From: an uncultured archaeon
GTDB lineage: Archaea > Iainarchaeota > Iainarchaeia > Iainarchaeales > GCA-2688035
Assembly (NCBI GenBank): GCA_964354805.1
Contig: CAYHBD010000009.1
Location: 96,001 to 160,000, forward strand
Direction of reading: 5' to 3'
Length of the DNA: 64,000 nt
Position numbers and translations under genes: made by a program. Shown here piece after piece: positions 47,996 to 57,410 of this stretch. The notes beneath the pieces are model-generated. The model saw only the letters and a list, made by a program, of their open reading frames with translations, did no database searches and was not told the DNA's origin. Positions within the stretch are counted from its first letter, which is position 1. Each line of letters begins with the position of its first letter.

Positions 47996-50900
47996 GATGC
48001 AAGTAGTGCGGTTAAGAGCTACTATGATTCAGTTGCAGCTGAAGTGGAAAAACAGCTTTCCGTTGCAGCAGAGGCAAAGTCAAGGGGCTTTGATGTAAGC
48101 ACTGCAATCGAAACAAAGCCTGTGGCAGACCTTGCCGACAGGACTGAAACAATTATCGGGCCGCCGGGAATTGCAAAAAGGTACAGGGAAGTGTTTGAGG
48201 AAAAGAATGGAAACAGGATGGATGCAATATTCCAAATATTCAAGGAAATAATCGACCAGCAGTGGTGCAAGATTGTGGACGACCAGAAAAGGATTGAACA
48301 GGCAATCAAAACATGCCTTGTTTTGAATACCGAGGGCGTTGTTGTTGCACCGCTTGACGGGGTGCCTGAAATAAAAATAAGCAGAAACCCTGATGGAAGC
48401 AAATACATCGATGTTTACTACGCAGGCCCGATAAGGGCAGCAGGCGGAACATCAGCAGTATTGCCGCTTATTTTAGGGGATTACGCAAAGCAGTTGCTCG
48501 GTCTGGACAGGTTCAAGCCGACAGAGGATGAAGTGGAGAGATATGTTGAAGAATGCCAGATTTATGAAGAGATTGTAAGCAGGCAGTACAGGCTGAGCGA
48601 GGCTGAAGTGAAAAAAATAATTAGGGGCTGCACTGTGTGCATCAACGGCGAACCAACGGAAGAAAGGGAAGTGGCAGTGCACAGGAACCTGCCGAGAATT
48701 GAAAGCAACAGGATAAGGGGCGGAATGTGCCTTGTGATAAGCGAAGGCGTTGCACTAAAAGCGCCGAAGATTCTGCAGTTTTCGAAACAGCTTGGATTGG
48801 ACTGGAGCTGGCTTGAAGGAATAATAAAGGTGGGAAAAAGCGAAAGCGGCGAGAGAAAAATTGAGCCGAACGAAAAGTTTTTGGAGGGCACAGCAGCTGG
48901 AAGGCCGATCTTCTGCTATCCTGAGCGAATCGGGGGCTTCAGGCTGCGCTACGGCAAAGCAAGAAACACCGGGATAATGGGGAAAGGGATTCACCCTGCA
49001 ACAATGTTTCTGCTGGATGAATTTGTTGCTGTTGCAACACAGCTGAAAGTGGAAAGGCCTGGAAAAGCAGCAGGAATTTTCCCGGTTGATTCTATTGAAG
49101 GGCCGATAGTAAAGCTGCTGAACGGCTACGTTGTGAAAGTAAACAGCCTGCAGCAGGCAATTGAATTGAAACAGAAAATTGCCCAGATTCTTTTCTTGGG
49201 TGACATTCTTGTAAGCGTTGGCGATTTTCGGCACAGCGCCCATCCATTGGTGCCAGCCGGCTATTGTAGTGAATGGTGGGCAAAGGAACTGCAAAGGCAG
49301 CTGCGAAAAATCCCTGTGGAAAAAGAGCAGTTCGAGGAAATAATTGCAAAGCCGGAAAATGTAAGCATTGAACAGGCAATTGAATTGAGCGAAAAATTCA
49401 ATGCGCCGCTGCACCCGAACGCGCTGTATTACTATGACGCTTTGAACAAAAATGAATTAATTCAATTAATTAGTTTCTTGCAGAAAGCTGAAACAACCAA
49501 AGAAGGCAAAAAAATTTCCGCGATTGAATTGCCAAAACAAGGAGCGGAAAAACAACTGCTTGAAAAAATTGGTTTGCCACACAAGGTTGAGGGCGACAAA
49601 ATAATAATTGACGCAGATAATGCCCTTGCTTTAACCAAAACACTTGCCTTGCAGAAAAGCAGCCCTGAAATTGCAGGCATAATAGAAAAATCCGCTGATG
49701 TAATTGACGCATTGAACAATTTAAGCGGCCTTGTGATTAGAGACCTTTGCGGAACATTTGTCGGAAGCAGGATGGGCAGGCCTGAGGCAAGCAGGCCGAG
49801 GAAAATGATCGGAAACCCAAACGTGCTTTTCCCAATAGGCTTGCACGGTGGCAACATCAGGAGCGTCAACAAGGCAATGGCAAGTGAAACAGAGGGCAGC
49901 CCAGGCAAAATACTGGTTGAAATAGCTTTATTCAAATGCCCGGAATGCAGGCAGGTAAGGGAGCAGCCATTCTGCCCTGCATGCGGCAAAAGAGCTGAAA
50001 AAATAAACCAGTGCCCGAACTGCGGCAGCATTTCTGCAACGGAAAAATGCGCAAAATGCGGCAAGATGACATCGCCTTTCTCAAAAAGGGAGATTGACCT
50101 AGGCCTTACAATGCAACAGGCAGCACAGAACCTTGGCATAAAAGTGCCTGAACTTGTAAAAGGAGTAAAAGGGACAATAAACAAGGACAGAGTAACCGAA
50201 CCCCTGGAAAAAGGACTGCTGAGAGCAAAGCACGACATGCATGTTTTCAGGGACGCGACAATAAGGTATGAGCTGATAAATGCGCCCTTAACGCACTTCA
50301 CTGCAGCAGAGATTGGAATAAGCATTGCCAAGCTGCGCGAATTAGGCTACAGTAAGGACAGTGAAGGAAAGGAATTGGAAAAGAACGGGCAATTGGTCGA
50401 ATTAATGCCCCAGGACATAATAATCCACGAGCAGGCAGGCGAATTCTTTGCAAAAGAAACAAAATTCATAGACGAACTGCTGCAGCGCTTCTACAAAATA
50501 CAGCCATACTTCAACGTAAACAAAAAAGAAGATTTGGTGGGGCAACTGCTGCTTGGGCTAGCACCCCACACAAGCGCGGCAATAGTCGGCAGGGTGATTG
50601 GCTTCACAAAAGCAAGATGCTGCTTTGCCCACCCATTCTTCCACCAGACAAAGAGGCGAAACATAGACGGAGACCAGGATTCACTGCTTCTGCTTATGGA
50701 TGCCCTGCTGAATTTCTCGCATTCGTATCTGCCGAGCAGCAGGGGAGGCAGAATGGATGCACCGCTCGTTTTCACCATTGCCTTGAAACCAACAGAAATA
50801 GATGATGAGTGCTATCAAATGGAGAAATGCAGCAGCTATCCGCTTGAATTGTATGAAATGGCCCAGAAAATAATGCCGGCTGATGTAAGCGGCATTGAAA

Positions 50901-51412
50901 GAGTGAAAGACAGCCTTGGCAAGCAAAGCCAGTATGACGGATTCGAGTGCACGCATTCAACAAGCCAGTTTGATGCCGGTCCTACAACAAGCAGATATGT
51001 TACGCTTGGCACAATGGAGGAAAAGCTGAGGGCGCAGGCAAAACTGCAGTTCAAAATCGCGGCATGCGAAGGAAAAGACGCCATGGAAAGAGTGATGGTA
51101 TCGCACCTTTTGCCTGACATAATCGGAAACACCAGGGCATTCAGCAGGCAGCAGTTTCGCTGCACTGCATGCAACGCAAAAATGAGGAGGATTCCGCTTG
51201 ACGGAAAATGCATTCAGTGCGGAAAACCCAGCGTCATTCTGACAATAGCGCAGGGCAGCGTGCGAAAATACCTGCTGATAGCGAAAGCGCTTGCGGAAGA
51301 ATACCAGCTAAGCGATTACCTGAAGCAGAGGCTTGAATTAGCCGGCAGGGAAATAGACAGCATATTCCAAAACGAGCAAAAAGAGCAAAAAAAGCTGGCG
51401 GAATTTGTTTAA
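47975..51412 (+). CDS. polC: DNA polymerase D large subunit DP2
   Basis: TEGVVVAP, YAGPIRAAGGT, GGFRLRYG, RMGRPE, catalytic DGDQD, RGGRMDAPLV; no intein visible. Confidence 0.98.
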   Translation: MPIKIDIDASSAVKSYYDSVAAEVEKQLSVAAEAKSRGFDVSTAIETKPVADLADRTETIIGPPGIAKRYREVFEEKNGNRMDAIFQIFKEIIDQQWCKIVDDQKRIEQAIKTCLVLNTEGVVVAPLDGVPEIKISRNPDGSKYIDVYYAGPIRAAGGTSAVLPLILGDYAKQLLGLDRFKPTEDEVERYVEECQIYEEIVSRQYRLSEAEVKKIIRGCTVCINGEPTEEREVAVHRNLPRIESNRIRGGMCLVISEGVALKAPKILQFSKQLGLDWSWLEGIIKVGKSESGERKIEPNEKFLEGTAAGRPIFCYPERIGGFRLRYGKARNTGIMGKGIHPATMFLLDEFVAVATQLKVERPGKAAGIFPVDSIEGPIVKLLNGYVVKVNSLQQAIELKQKIAQILFLGDILVSVGDFRHSAHPLVPAGYCSEWWAKELQRQLRKIPVEKEQFEEIIAKPENVSIEQAIELSEKFNAPLHPNALYYYDALNKNELIQLISFLQKAETTKEGKKISAIELPKQGAEKQLLEKIGLPHKVEGDKIIIDADNALALTKTLALQKSSPEIAGIIEKSADVIDALNNLSGLVIRDLCGTFVGSRMGRPEASRPRKMIGNPNVLFPIGLHGGNIRSVNKAMASETEGSPGKILVEIALFKCPECRQVREQPFCPACGKRAEKINQCPNCGSISATEKCAKCGKMTSPFSKREIDLGLTMQQAAQNLGIKVPELVKGVKGTINKDRVTEPLEKGLLRAKHDMHVFRDATIRYELINAPLTHFTAAEIGISIAKLRELGYSKDSEGKELEKNGQLVELMPQDIIIHEQAGEFFAKETKFIDELLQRFYKIQPYFNVNKKEDLVGQLLLGLAPHTSAAIVGRVIGFTKARCCFAHPFFHQTKRRNIDGDQDSLLLLMDALLNFSHSYLPSSRGGRMDAPLVFTIALKPTEIDDECYQMEKCSSYPLELYEMAQKIMPADVSGIERVKDSLGKQSQYDGFECTHSTSQFDAGPTTSRYVTLGTMEEKLRAQAKLQFKIAACEGKDAMERVMVSHLLPDIIGNTRAFSRQQFRCTACNAKMRRIPLDGKCIQCGKPSVILTIAQGSVRKYLLIAKALAEEYQLSDYLKQRLELAGREIDSIFQNEQKEQKKLAEFV

Positions 51413-51492
51413 GTGGAAGGGCAGACCCGAAACAATGTTTTTTAAAATAAACCTGAAAATCTTATTTATATAAACTGCTAAAGGGAAAAAGT

Positions 51493-51774
51493 ATGGCTGC
51501 GAATAAACCTGCATTTCACGGGATTACAAAATCAAGTATGCACAATGTTGGTGGCGGCAGGCGCAGAGGAGGCACCAGAGGAGTCAGCGTTTACAAAAAC
51601 GTGGTCATACTAAAGCCAGGGCAGAGAATAGTTTACAGATCAAGCTGCCCGCATAGCATTGTGGACGCAAAAGGGAGAACAATTAGACTTTTCAAGGAGT
51701 GGGCATTAACAGCAAGGAAAAAGATAAGCAGGCAAGGGGGTAATAAACCCACGTCGATGAGTGAAGAGGTATAA
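51493..51774 (+). CDS. Small basic hypothetical protein
   Basis: 93-aa ORF with TATA-like TTTATATA upstream. Confidence 0.5.
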   Translation: MAANKPAFHGITKSSMHNVGGGRRRGGTRGVSVYKNVVILKPGQRIVYRSSCPHSIVDAKGRTIRLFKEWALTARKKISRQGGNKPTSMSEEV

Positions 51775-51787
51775 AAGGGCCAAAAAA

Positions 51788-51899
51788 TTATTCTCCCATC
51801 AATTCCTTTTCCAAAACAGCCCTGAGTTTTTTTGTGCCGAAGGTTTTATTCTCCCATCAGCTCTTTTTCCAGCACAGCTCTTAATTTTTTCGCATCGAA
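51788..51899 (-). repeat. Synonymously diverged tandem copy of the cdc6 3' end
   Basis: FDAKKLRAVLEKELMGE* (51846-51899) versus FGTKKLRAVLEKELMGE* (51788-51841). Confidence 0.92.
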
Positions 51900-53171
51900 C
51901 CCGAGCTTTATGAGCGTGGTTGCTCCCCTTACTCCTTTTCCGCTTGCTGTTGTCAAAAGCAGCCCGTATGTGTCCAATTCATTGATGTATTCCCTGAACC
52001 ATCTGCTGCTTACAACGCTTTCGTTCAGGGAGAGAGCAATGCGCTTGTATTCGTTGTAGATGTCACCGCTGCAGAAAACGCCTTCCTCGCTTTGGCCTGA
52101 ACCTGTTATTCTCTGCATTCCTTTTCCCTGTGTTGTGAGCAGGGAAATCGCGTACAACACCAGCTGCTGCTGCTTTGGCAGGGTTGCAACCATGTTAAGG
52201 ATGATTTCCTGTTCAACGCTTGTCTTTGCCTTTCTTACCATGACATCAGTTACCTCGCTGAATTGCATTTTGTCCGCCTCTTCTCCGGCTCTAAGAAGCA
52301 GCATTATTGCTGTTCTTGCATCCCCTGTTTCCTGCGCTGCGATTGCGGATGCGAGGTTGATTGCGCTGCTGCTTACAGCGCCGGGCCTGAATGCCTTTGC
52401 AATCCTTTCCTGTAGGATTGCCTTGAGCTCTTCAGCGTTGTAAGGCGGGAAAACCATTTCTTTTTCCAAGAGTGCGCTTTTTGTTCTTGCATCAAGGCGC
52501 TCTTTGAAGAAAAGGTTGTTGCTTATTCCAAGGATGCTGATGCTACCGAATGGCAGCTCGTCGTTTGCCCTTGTAAGCGAGTAAACCAGTTCGTCCAAAT
52601 CCTTGGCTTTGTCTATTTCATCCAGCACAATGATGAGGTTCTTTCCTTTTTCAGATGCCGCCTGCAGCAGTTTTTCGAACACAAAGGAAGCGCTGTATCC
52701 AATGAAGTCCTCTTTTGGATGGAATTTCTGCATTGCCTTGAGCAGAACCTTATATTTGCTGTTGTGGTTTCTGCAGTTAACGAAAGCGAAGTCAACTGGC
52801 GAATTGCTTTGCTCAATGAATTGCTGCAATTGCTGCAATACGTGCTTTACAGTGACTGTTTTTCCTGTTCCGACTTTTCCGTAAATGAAAACATTGTCTG
52901 CTTTTTTCCCCTGCAGAGTTGCAGCAAGCGCTGTGCTGATTTGCTCGATCTGCTTTTGCCTGAATGGCAGGGCATCAGGGACATAGTGCGGGGAAATAAT
53001 GTTTTTATCCAGAAAAACAGTGTGCTTTGTGATAAACTGCTGGAAAATGTTCTGCTGCGGAAATGTTTCGTCCTGTAGTGAAACAATTTTTTTCTGCTGC
53101 AGCAATGTTTCGTTCTGCGCTGAAACAATTTTCTGCCCCAGTCCCACCAATGTCTGCTGTGCCACACCCAT
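51846..53171 (-). CDS. cdc6: Orc1/Cdc6 replication initiator
   Basis: YVP..LP.R, G..GTGKT, LDEID, F.PY...EL..IL..R, GDAR; C-terminal winged helix. Confidence 0.97.
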   Translation of the reverse strand: MGVAQQTLVGLGQKIVSAQNETLLQQKKIVSLQDETFPQQNIFQQFITKHTVFLDKNIISPHYVPDALPFRQKQIEQISTALAATLQGKKADNVFIYGKVGTGKTVTVKHVLQQLQQFIEQSNSPVDFAFVNCRNHNSKYKVLLKAMQKFHPKEDFIGYSASFVFEKLLQAASEKGKNLIIVLDEIDKAKDLDELVYSLTRANDELPFGSISILGISNNLFFKERLDARTKSALLEKEMVFPPYNAEELKAILQERIAKAFRPGAVSSSAINLASAIAAQETGDARTAIMLLLRAGEEADKMQFSEVTDVMVRKAKTSVEQEIILNMVATLPKQQQLVLYAISLLTTQGKGMQRITGSGQSEEGVFCSGDIYNEYKRIALSLNESVVSSRWFREYINELDTYGLLLTTASGKGVRGATTLIKLGFDAKKLRAVLEKELMGE

Positions 53172-53517
53172 TTGAACCCCGCCTGATTGTTGATTTGTTC
53201 AAAAAACAATTGAACCAAAAAAATCCCTTAAATTTTTTCCTTTTAAAAGGTTTAATTCAATTGAAAAAATCGCTTTTTATTTTTTAAATGAATTTAAGAA
53301 ATTGGGAGCATAATATTATTGGCTGTTGTTTTAAAAAAAGGGAGGGCTTTCAAAAGCAAACCATCCTGCTGCCAAAAATTTGCTTTCCTTACCGAAAAAA
53401 ATTATTTTTCCGCAGCAAATTGTTATGTAGGATTGCAGAATACTATTTAAAAAAGTGTTTGTAAGGGAAATACTATAACTAAAATTATTTAAAAAAAACC
53501 GGGGGTGTAGTAATTTT
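53172..53517. other. AT-rich intergenic region upstream of cdc6, possible replication origin
   Basis: 346-nt gap next to cdc6 and polD; long A/T tracts; only weak mini-ORB-like matches such as TTCCGCAGCAAAT. Confidence 0.3.
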
Positions 53518-53877
53518 ATGGCTCTTTTGGAAAAAGTCCTAAAAAAATCAGACGCGCTTGACATGGAGGACTTCCTGAACAACTTGGACAAGGAAGACGA
53601 AACAATGTACGAGGACGCCGACGCTTTTGTTAAGCCATTCACTCTTGCGGCAGACGCCGACGCGGACATTGTCATAAACGAGGCAAAAGCCGGAAACATT
53701 GTCCTGCTGAATATCGGCGATTTAAGCAAGAGAAACGCGATAAAACTGAAGGAAATGGTTTCAAAAATAAGAGACGGCGTATACTCAATGAACGGAGACA
53801 TAGCAAGAATAAGCCAAGACAGGGTCCTGATAACGCCAACCAGAGTAAAAATAGTTAAAAAGAGAGGGGCCCAGTAA
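53518..53877 (+). CDS. sepF: Cell division protein SepF (archaeal)
   Basis: GNIVLLNI, GDIA.I....VLITP..VKI. Confidence 0.88.
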   Translation: MALLEKVLKKSDALDMEDFLNNLDKEDETMYEDADAFVKPFTLAADADADIVINEAKAGNIVLLNIGDLSKRNAIKLKEMVSKIRDGVYSMNGDIARISQDRVLITPTRVKIVKKRGAQ

Positions 53878-53927
53878 AGGGTTAGGGGAAACATTTTTTA
53901 TTCCCTCAACTCCAAATATTTTTATAT

Positions 53928-54239
53928 ATGGTACTGCAAACCCCCTCATTTTCTATTTCAGAAAAAGCACCTGAGCCTACGGCAGAATCGCCCGAGAGAA
54001 AAAAAGGCAGCATTGAAATAATAAAAGAAACACTGCAAGAGCTCAAACAGCCAAGCGCCTGGCTGCGCTACACAAAAGAAATCGCCGCAGGCGTGGCAGG
54101 CAAAGCTGTTGCGCAAGGAAAAAAAGGCAGCAAGGGAGAAAAAAAGCACTTCTGGCAACTGCTGCAAAAACCCAGCTTCTGGATAACAATTGCGCTGCTG
54201 ATTATTCTGGCAATAGTGCTTGCATGGATTTATTTATAA
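53928..54239 (+). CDS. Hypothetical tail-anchored membrane protein
   Basis: C-terminal hydrophobic helix; overlaps the convergent gene end by 38 nt. Confidence 0.5.
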   Translation: MVLQTPSFSISEKAPEPTAESPERKKGSIEIIKETLQELKQPSAWLRYTKEIAAGVAGKAVAQGKKGSKGEKKHFWQLLQKPSFWITIALLIILAIVLAWIYL

Positions 54240-55011
54240 CCAGCCTGTCAATCCCCTTCAGCAGCAATTCTTTTTCCTTCGGCAATTTGTTGTTTTGGAA
54301 AAAAATCGCATTGCCGAACAAATAAAGCTGCGTTGGAAAGAAAGAATTGGTTAATTTGAACTGGTAAAGCCTGCACTCTTTATTGCAAGGGAAAACGCCG
54401 ATTTTGCCGTGAAAAGAAATTTTATCACAGTTTGCAGCAAGACACAAACGAGTTGCTGAAACAAAGCAAAAAGGAAAGTAAAGGGAGCAGCGCAGCCTGC
54501 TCTTGCCCAAATTGGTGGCAATGCCCTGCGCCAAGTTATCCAACTCAACCCTGGCAACACCATTCTGCTGCAAAAACTTTTGGAAATGACTATTTGCAGC
54601 ATGGCTCTGCATTAAGTGTGCGTAGAATTCCTTTGGAACTTTGGCTTTGAATGACGAAATCCTTGGGTCCCTGTACTGCCTGTTCAGCAGCCTGCCTGCA
54701 ATCAGGGTTGCCTTGCTTTCTTTTGCAGCGTGCAGCAAGCCGTAATCGTTTACAACCAGCTCATCGCGCTCTGAAAGCATCTCTGCAAGAGGCAGAACAG
54801 AGCGCATTCCTGCATTTGTCAAAAAAGGCGTTACAAAAGAAAAACCGATTTCGTTCGCAGCACAAAAATTTTTAACAAAAAGGAAATCCTTTTTGGTTGG
54901 CAACAATCGTTCACAAAATTCAGCGCCGAAATAAATTCTATTAAATGATTTATCCCACTGGCGCAATTGCACCTTATTTTCTACAAACAAAGCTTTCTCA
55001 ATGCCCTTCAT
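54202..55011 (-). CDS. U32-family (UbiV-like) partner protein
   Basis: IYFG.EFCE, E.VVND.G, R.ELDN, R.C and C..EC; ATGA overlap with the upstream U32 gene. Confidence 0.75.
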   Translation of the reverse strand: MKGIEKALFVENKVQLRQWDKSFNRIYFGAEFCERLLPTKKDFLFVKNFCAANEIGFSFVTPFLTNAGMRSVLPLAEMLSERDELVVNDYGLLHAAKESKATLIAGRLLNRQYRDPRISSFKAKVPKEFYAHLMQSHAANSHFQKFLQQNGVARVELDNLAQGIATNLGKSRLRCSLYFPFCFVSATRLCLAANCDKISFHGKIGVFPCNKECRLYQFKLTNSFFPTQLYLFGNAIFFQNNKLPKEKELLLKGIDRLVINKSMQALLPE

Positions 55012-56027
55012 ATTTTCCACTTCCCTGCGCTCGGGTAATAGCAGTTATTGCACTCGCAGGCCCTGTGATACAAATCAAAGTAAAGCCTGCCTGCCTCTTC
55101 CGCGAATTTTTTTGCAGGCAACTTTTTTGCATGCGAAGCGTTTTTTCGCAAGCCTTTTGTTAAAAGGCTTAAAGCAATCCCCTCTTTCACGGCAGCAATG
55201 TCCGCAATCTTTTTCTGCAGGCTGTTTGCCCTGCCTGCAATCTTCACTGAATCAACGCCGGCTTTGAGAAAAAAGGGCAAAGCGCACAAGCCGCAGTCAT
55301 TATAGACAGTGTTGCACCAGACCTTTGCGTGCGCTGCAGCAATCTCCTTCTTGCAGGGAGCAGCGTTTCCCAGAACGCTTACAGAATAATTCATCCTGCA
55401 CGCGAGAGGTTGCATTGGCAATTGCTGGCTTGGCTCAACAATGTGCTGGAAAGAGCACAAGCCGTCAATGAAAGGGCAGATTGCATTCAAAACAAAGCAC
55501 TCTGTTTCCAAGCCAAACCTTTTCGCCTGCCTTGAAAGCTGCACTGCTTCATTAACAGCCAAATGCCTTGGAAGAACAATTCGCTGAACGCCGAGCTGCT
55601 TGAAGAAATGCAGGGAATTGCTGTTGAAGCAGGGCTGCCCTGTGCTCAAAGAAATTTTTGCACCAGGAAACTTTTCCCGAGCCAACTGAATTAGAACAGG
55701 GTCTGCAATTATCAGCCCAGCTGCTCCGGCAGCAAGAGCTTGCTTAACATAGCGCAAAACAATTGGCATCTGTTCCTGGCTGTAAAAATGCGCGTTGAAT
55801 GCAGCAAAAACTGGCACATTGCGCTTTTCAGCTGTTCTCACCGCGAGGCGCAATTCATTGAAAGAGGAAAGGTTCGCTGCCTTGTCATGCCTCAGGTTTA
55901 TGCTCCCAACGAAAGTGAAGCGCTTTGCCCAATCAGGGGTCATAACGCCACAGTATAATTCGTTTGCCCCTGCTTCAATCAGGGGCAGCACTTCTGCACT
56001 GCTTGCAAAGGGAGAAAGTATTTGCAT
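55008..56027 (-). CDS. U32-family Fe-S protein (UbiU-like)
   Basis: GA.ELYCG, LST....FN, R.VLPRHL, CPFIDGLC, CGLC, KIAGR. Confidence 0.9.
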   Translation of the reverse strand: MQILSPFASSAEVLPLIEAGANELYCGVMTPDWAKRFTFVGSINLRHDKAANLSSFNELRLAVRTAEKRNVPVFAAFNAHFYSQEQMPIVLRYVKQALAAGAAGLIIADPVLIQLAREKFPGAKISLSTGQPCFNSNSLHFFKQLGVQRIVLPRHLAVNEAVQLSRQAKRFGLETECFVLNAICPFIDGLCSFQHIVEPSQQLPMQPLACRMNYSVSVLGNAAPCKKEIAAAHAKVWCNTVYNDCGLCALPFFLKAGVDSVKIAGRANSLQKKIADIAAVKEGIALSLLTKGLRKNASHAKKLPAKKFAEEAGRLYFDLYHRACECNNCYYPSAGKWKI

Positions 56028-56084
56028 AATACAAATTAATTGATAGAAATCACTTATAATCCTTTTTGGAAAAGAAATAATACT

Positions 56085-57410
56085 ATGGTTATTGATATTT
56101 CAGCGCAGGAATTGCTTGAACTGCGCAAAGCAGGCATTGAAAAAAATCCCAGGGACCACGACTTTGTTTACAGGTATCCGCCGAGCGACAAAATGCCTTT
56201 CATTGATTTGAAGCGATTTATCGGCAATTTGGAGGGGGCAGATTTTGCCAAAGAGGAAATTGCTTTTTATTTGCACCTGCCATTCTGCACAAAAATCTGC
56301 TCATACTGCCACTACAGCAAGCAGCTGGCAGTGAGCAAAGAAATCGAATTATACGCGGAAGCGGTAAAAAAAGAAATGTCCGGTTACAGGGAATTAATCA
56401 AGGGAGAAATTAAACTGAACAGCGTTTTCTTCGGGGGTGGAACCCCGACAGTGTTGAAAGCAGAGCAGCTAAGCGAGTTATTGCAATCACTTTCAACAAC
56501 ATTTGACTTGAATCTGGAAAAAAAAGAAATTTCGATTGAATCAAGCCCGGAAACACTTGGAGAAGAGAAACTTTTTGCGTTAAGGGAAGCGGGATTCAAC
56601 AGGCTCAGCATCGGAGCGCAGGATTTCGATGATGCTGTGTTAAAGCAGTGCAACAGAAATCACGGCACTAAGCAGGCGCTGCAGGCATTTGATTCGGCGA
56701 GAAGCGCAGGCTTCCAAAACATTAACATCGATTTGTTGTACGGGCTGCCAGGGCAGACAATTGAATCATGGGAGCAGACAATGCAGCAAATCAGCGAACT
56801 AAAACCTGAAAGCGTTACTGCATCTGATTTGCGCATTCTGCCAGGCGCAAAATTCTACAGCACAGATGAAATTTTTCCAAGCACTGGGCAAATGGTTGAA
56901 ATGTATTCTTTGTTTGCTGAAAAAATGCTGTCAATGCATTACATCCAGCAGTTCCCATACCAGTTCGTCAAGCCGGGCAGGGAAATGGCTTTCCTCGAAC
57001 AACAGTGGAGCAATGGCAGCTTTCTTGGAATAGGGCAAAGCAGCTGCTCTTTCATAGCGAAATGGGACTACAACAATGCTTTCCCGCTGAAAAAATACTG
57101 TGAAGCAATTACTGACAACAAAATTTCCGCTGCAATGGGAAAAAAGCTGAGCAAAAAAGAGGAAATGATTAGGTTTGCTGCGCTCGGGCTGAAAAAGTGC
57201 GGCATTAACAGGGAGCAAAGCGGGATAAACAAGGCTACATTTAAGAAAAAATTCGGCATTGAAATCGAAGGGGCATTCAAAGAACAAATTGAAAAACTGC
57301 TGGCATTGGGATTAATTGAAAACAAAGGTGATTGGCTGCGCCTGAGCGGGAAAGGCCTGTTCTTCCACGATGAAATTGGGAAGCGGTTTTTTGAATTTTC
57401 CAAAAACTAG
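56085..57410 (+). CDS. HemN-like radical SAM protein
   Basis: YLHLPFCTKICSYC, FFGGGTPT, NRLSIG.Q, NIDL.YGLPGQT. Confidence 0.92.
   Translation: MVIDISAQELLELRKAGIEKNPRDHDFVYRYPPSDKMPFIDLKRFIGNLEGADFAKEEIAFYLHLPFCTKICSYCHYSKQLAVSKEIELYAEAVKKEMSGYRELIKGEIKLNSVFFGGGTPTVLKAEQLSELLQSLSTTFDLNLEKKEISIESSPETLGEEKLFALREAGFNRLSIGAQDFDDAVLKQCNRNHGTKQALQAFDSARSAGFQNINIDLLYGLPGQTIESWEQTMQQISELKPESVTASDLRILPGAKFYSTDEIFPSTGQMVEMYSLFAEKMLSMHYIQQFPYQFVKPGREMAFLEQQWSNGSFLGIGQSSCSFIAKWDYNNAFPLKKYCEAITDNKISAAMGKKLSKKEEMIRFAALGLKKCGINREQSGINKATFKKKFGIEIEGAFKEQIEKLLALGLIENKGDWLRLSGKGLFFHDEIGKRFFEFSKN

Noticed and set aside
47975-51412. Intein in DP2
   Set aside because: Length is normal, the catalytic region is contiguous and no intein termini are seen
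51788-51899. attL/attR of an integrated element (also considered for the valS and HTH echoes)
   Set aside because: The copies are adjacent rather than flanking an element, and no integrase is present
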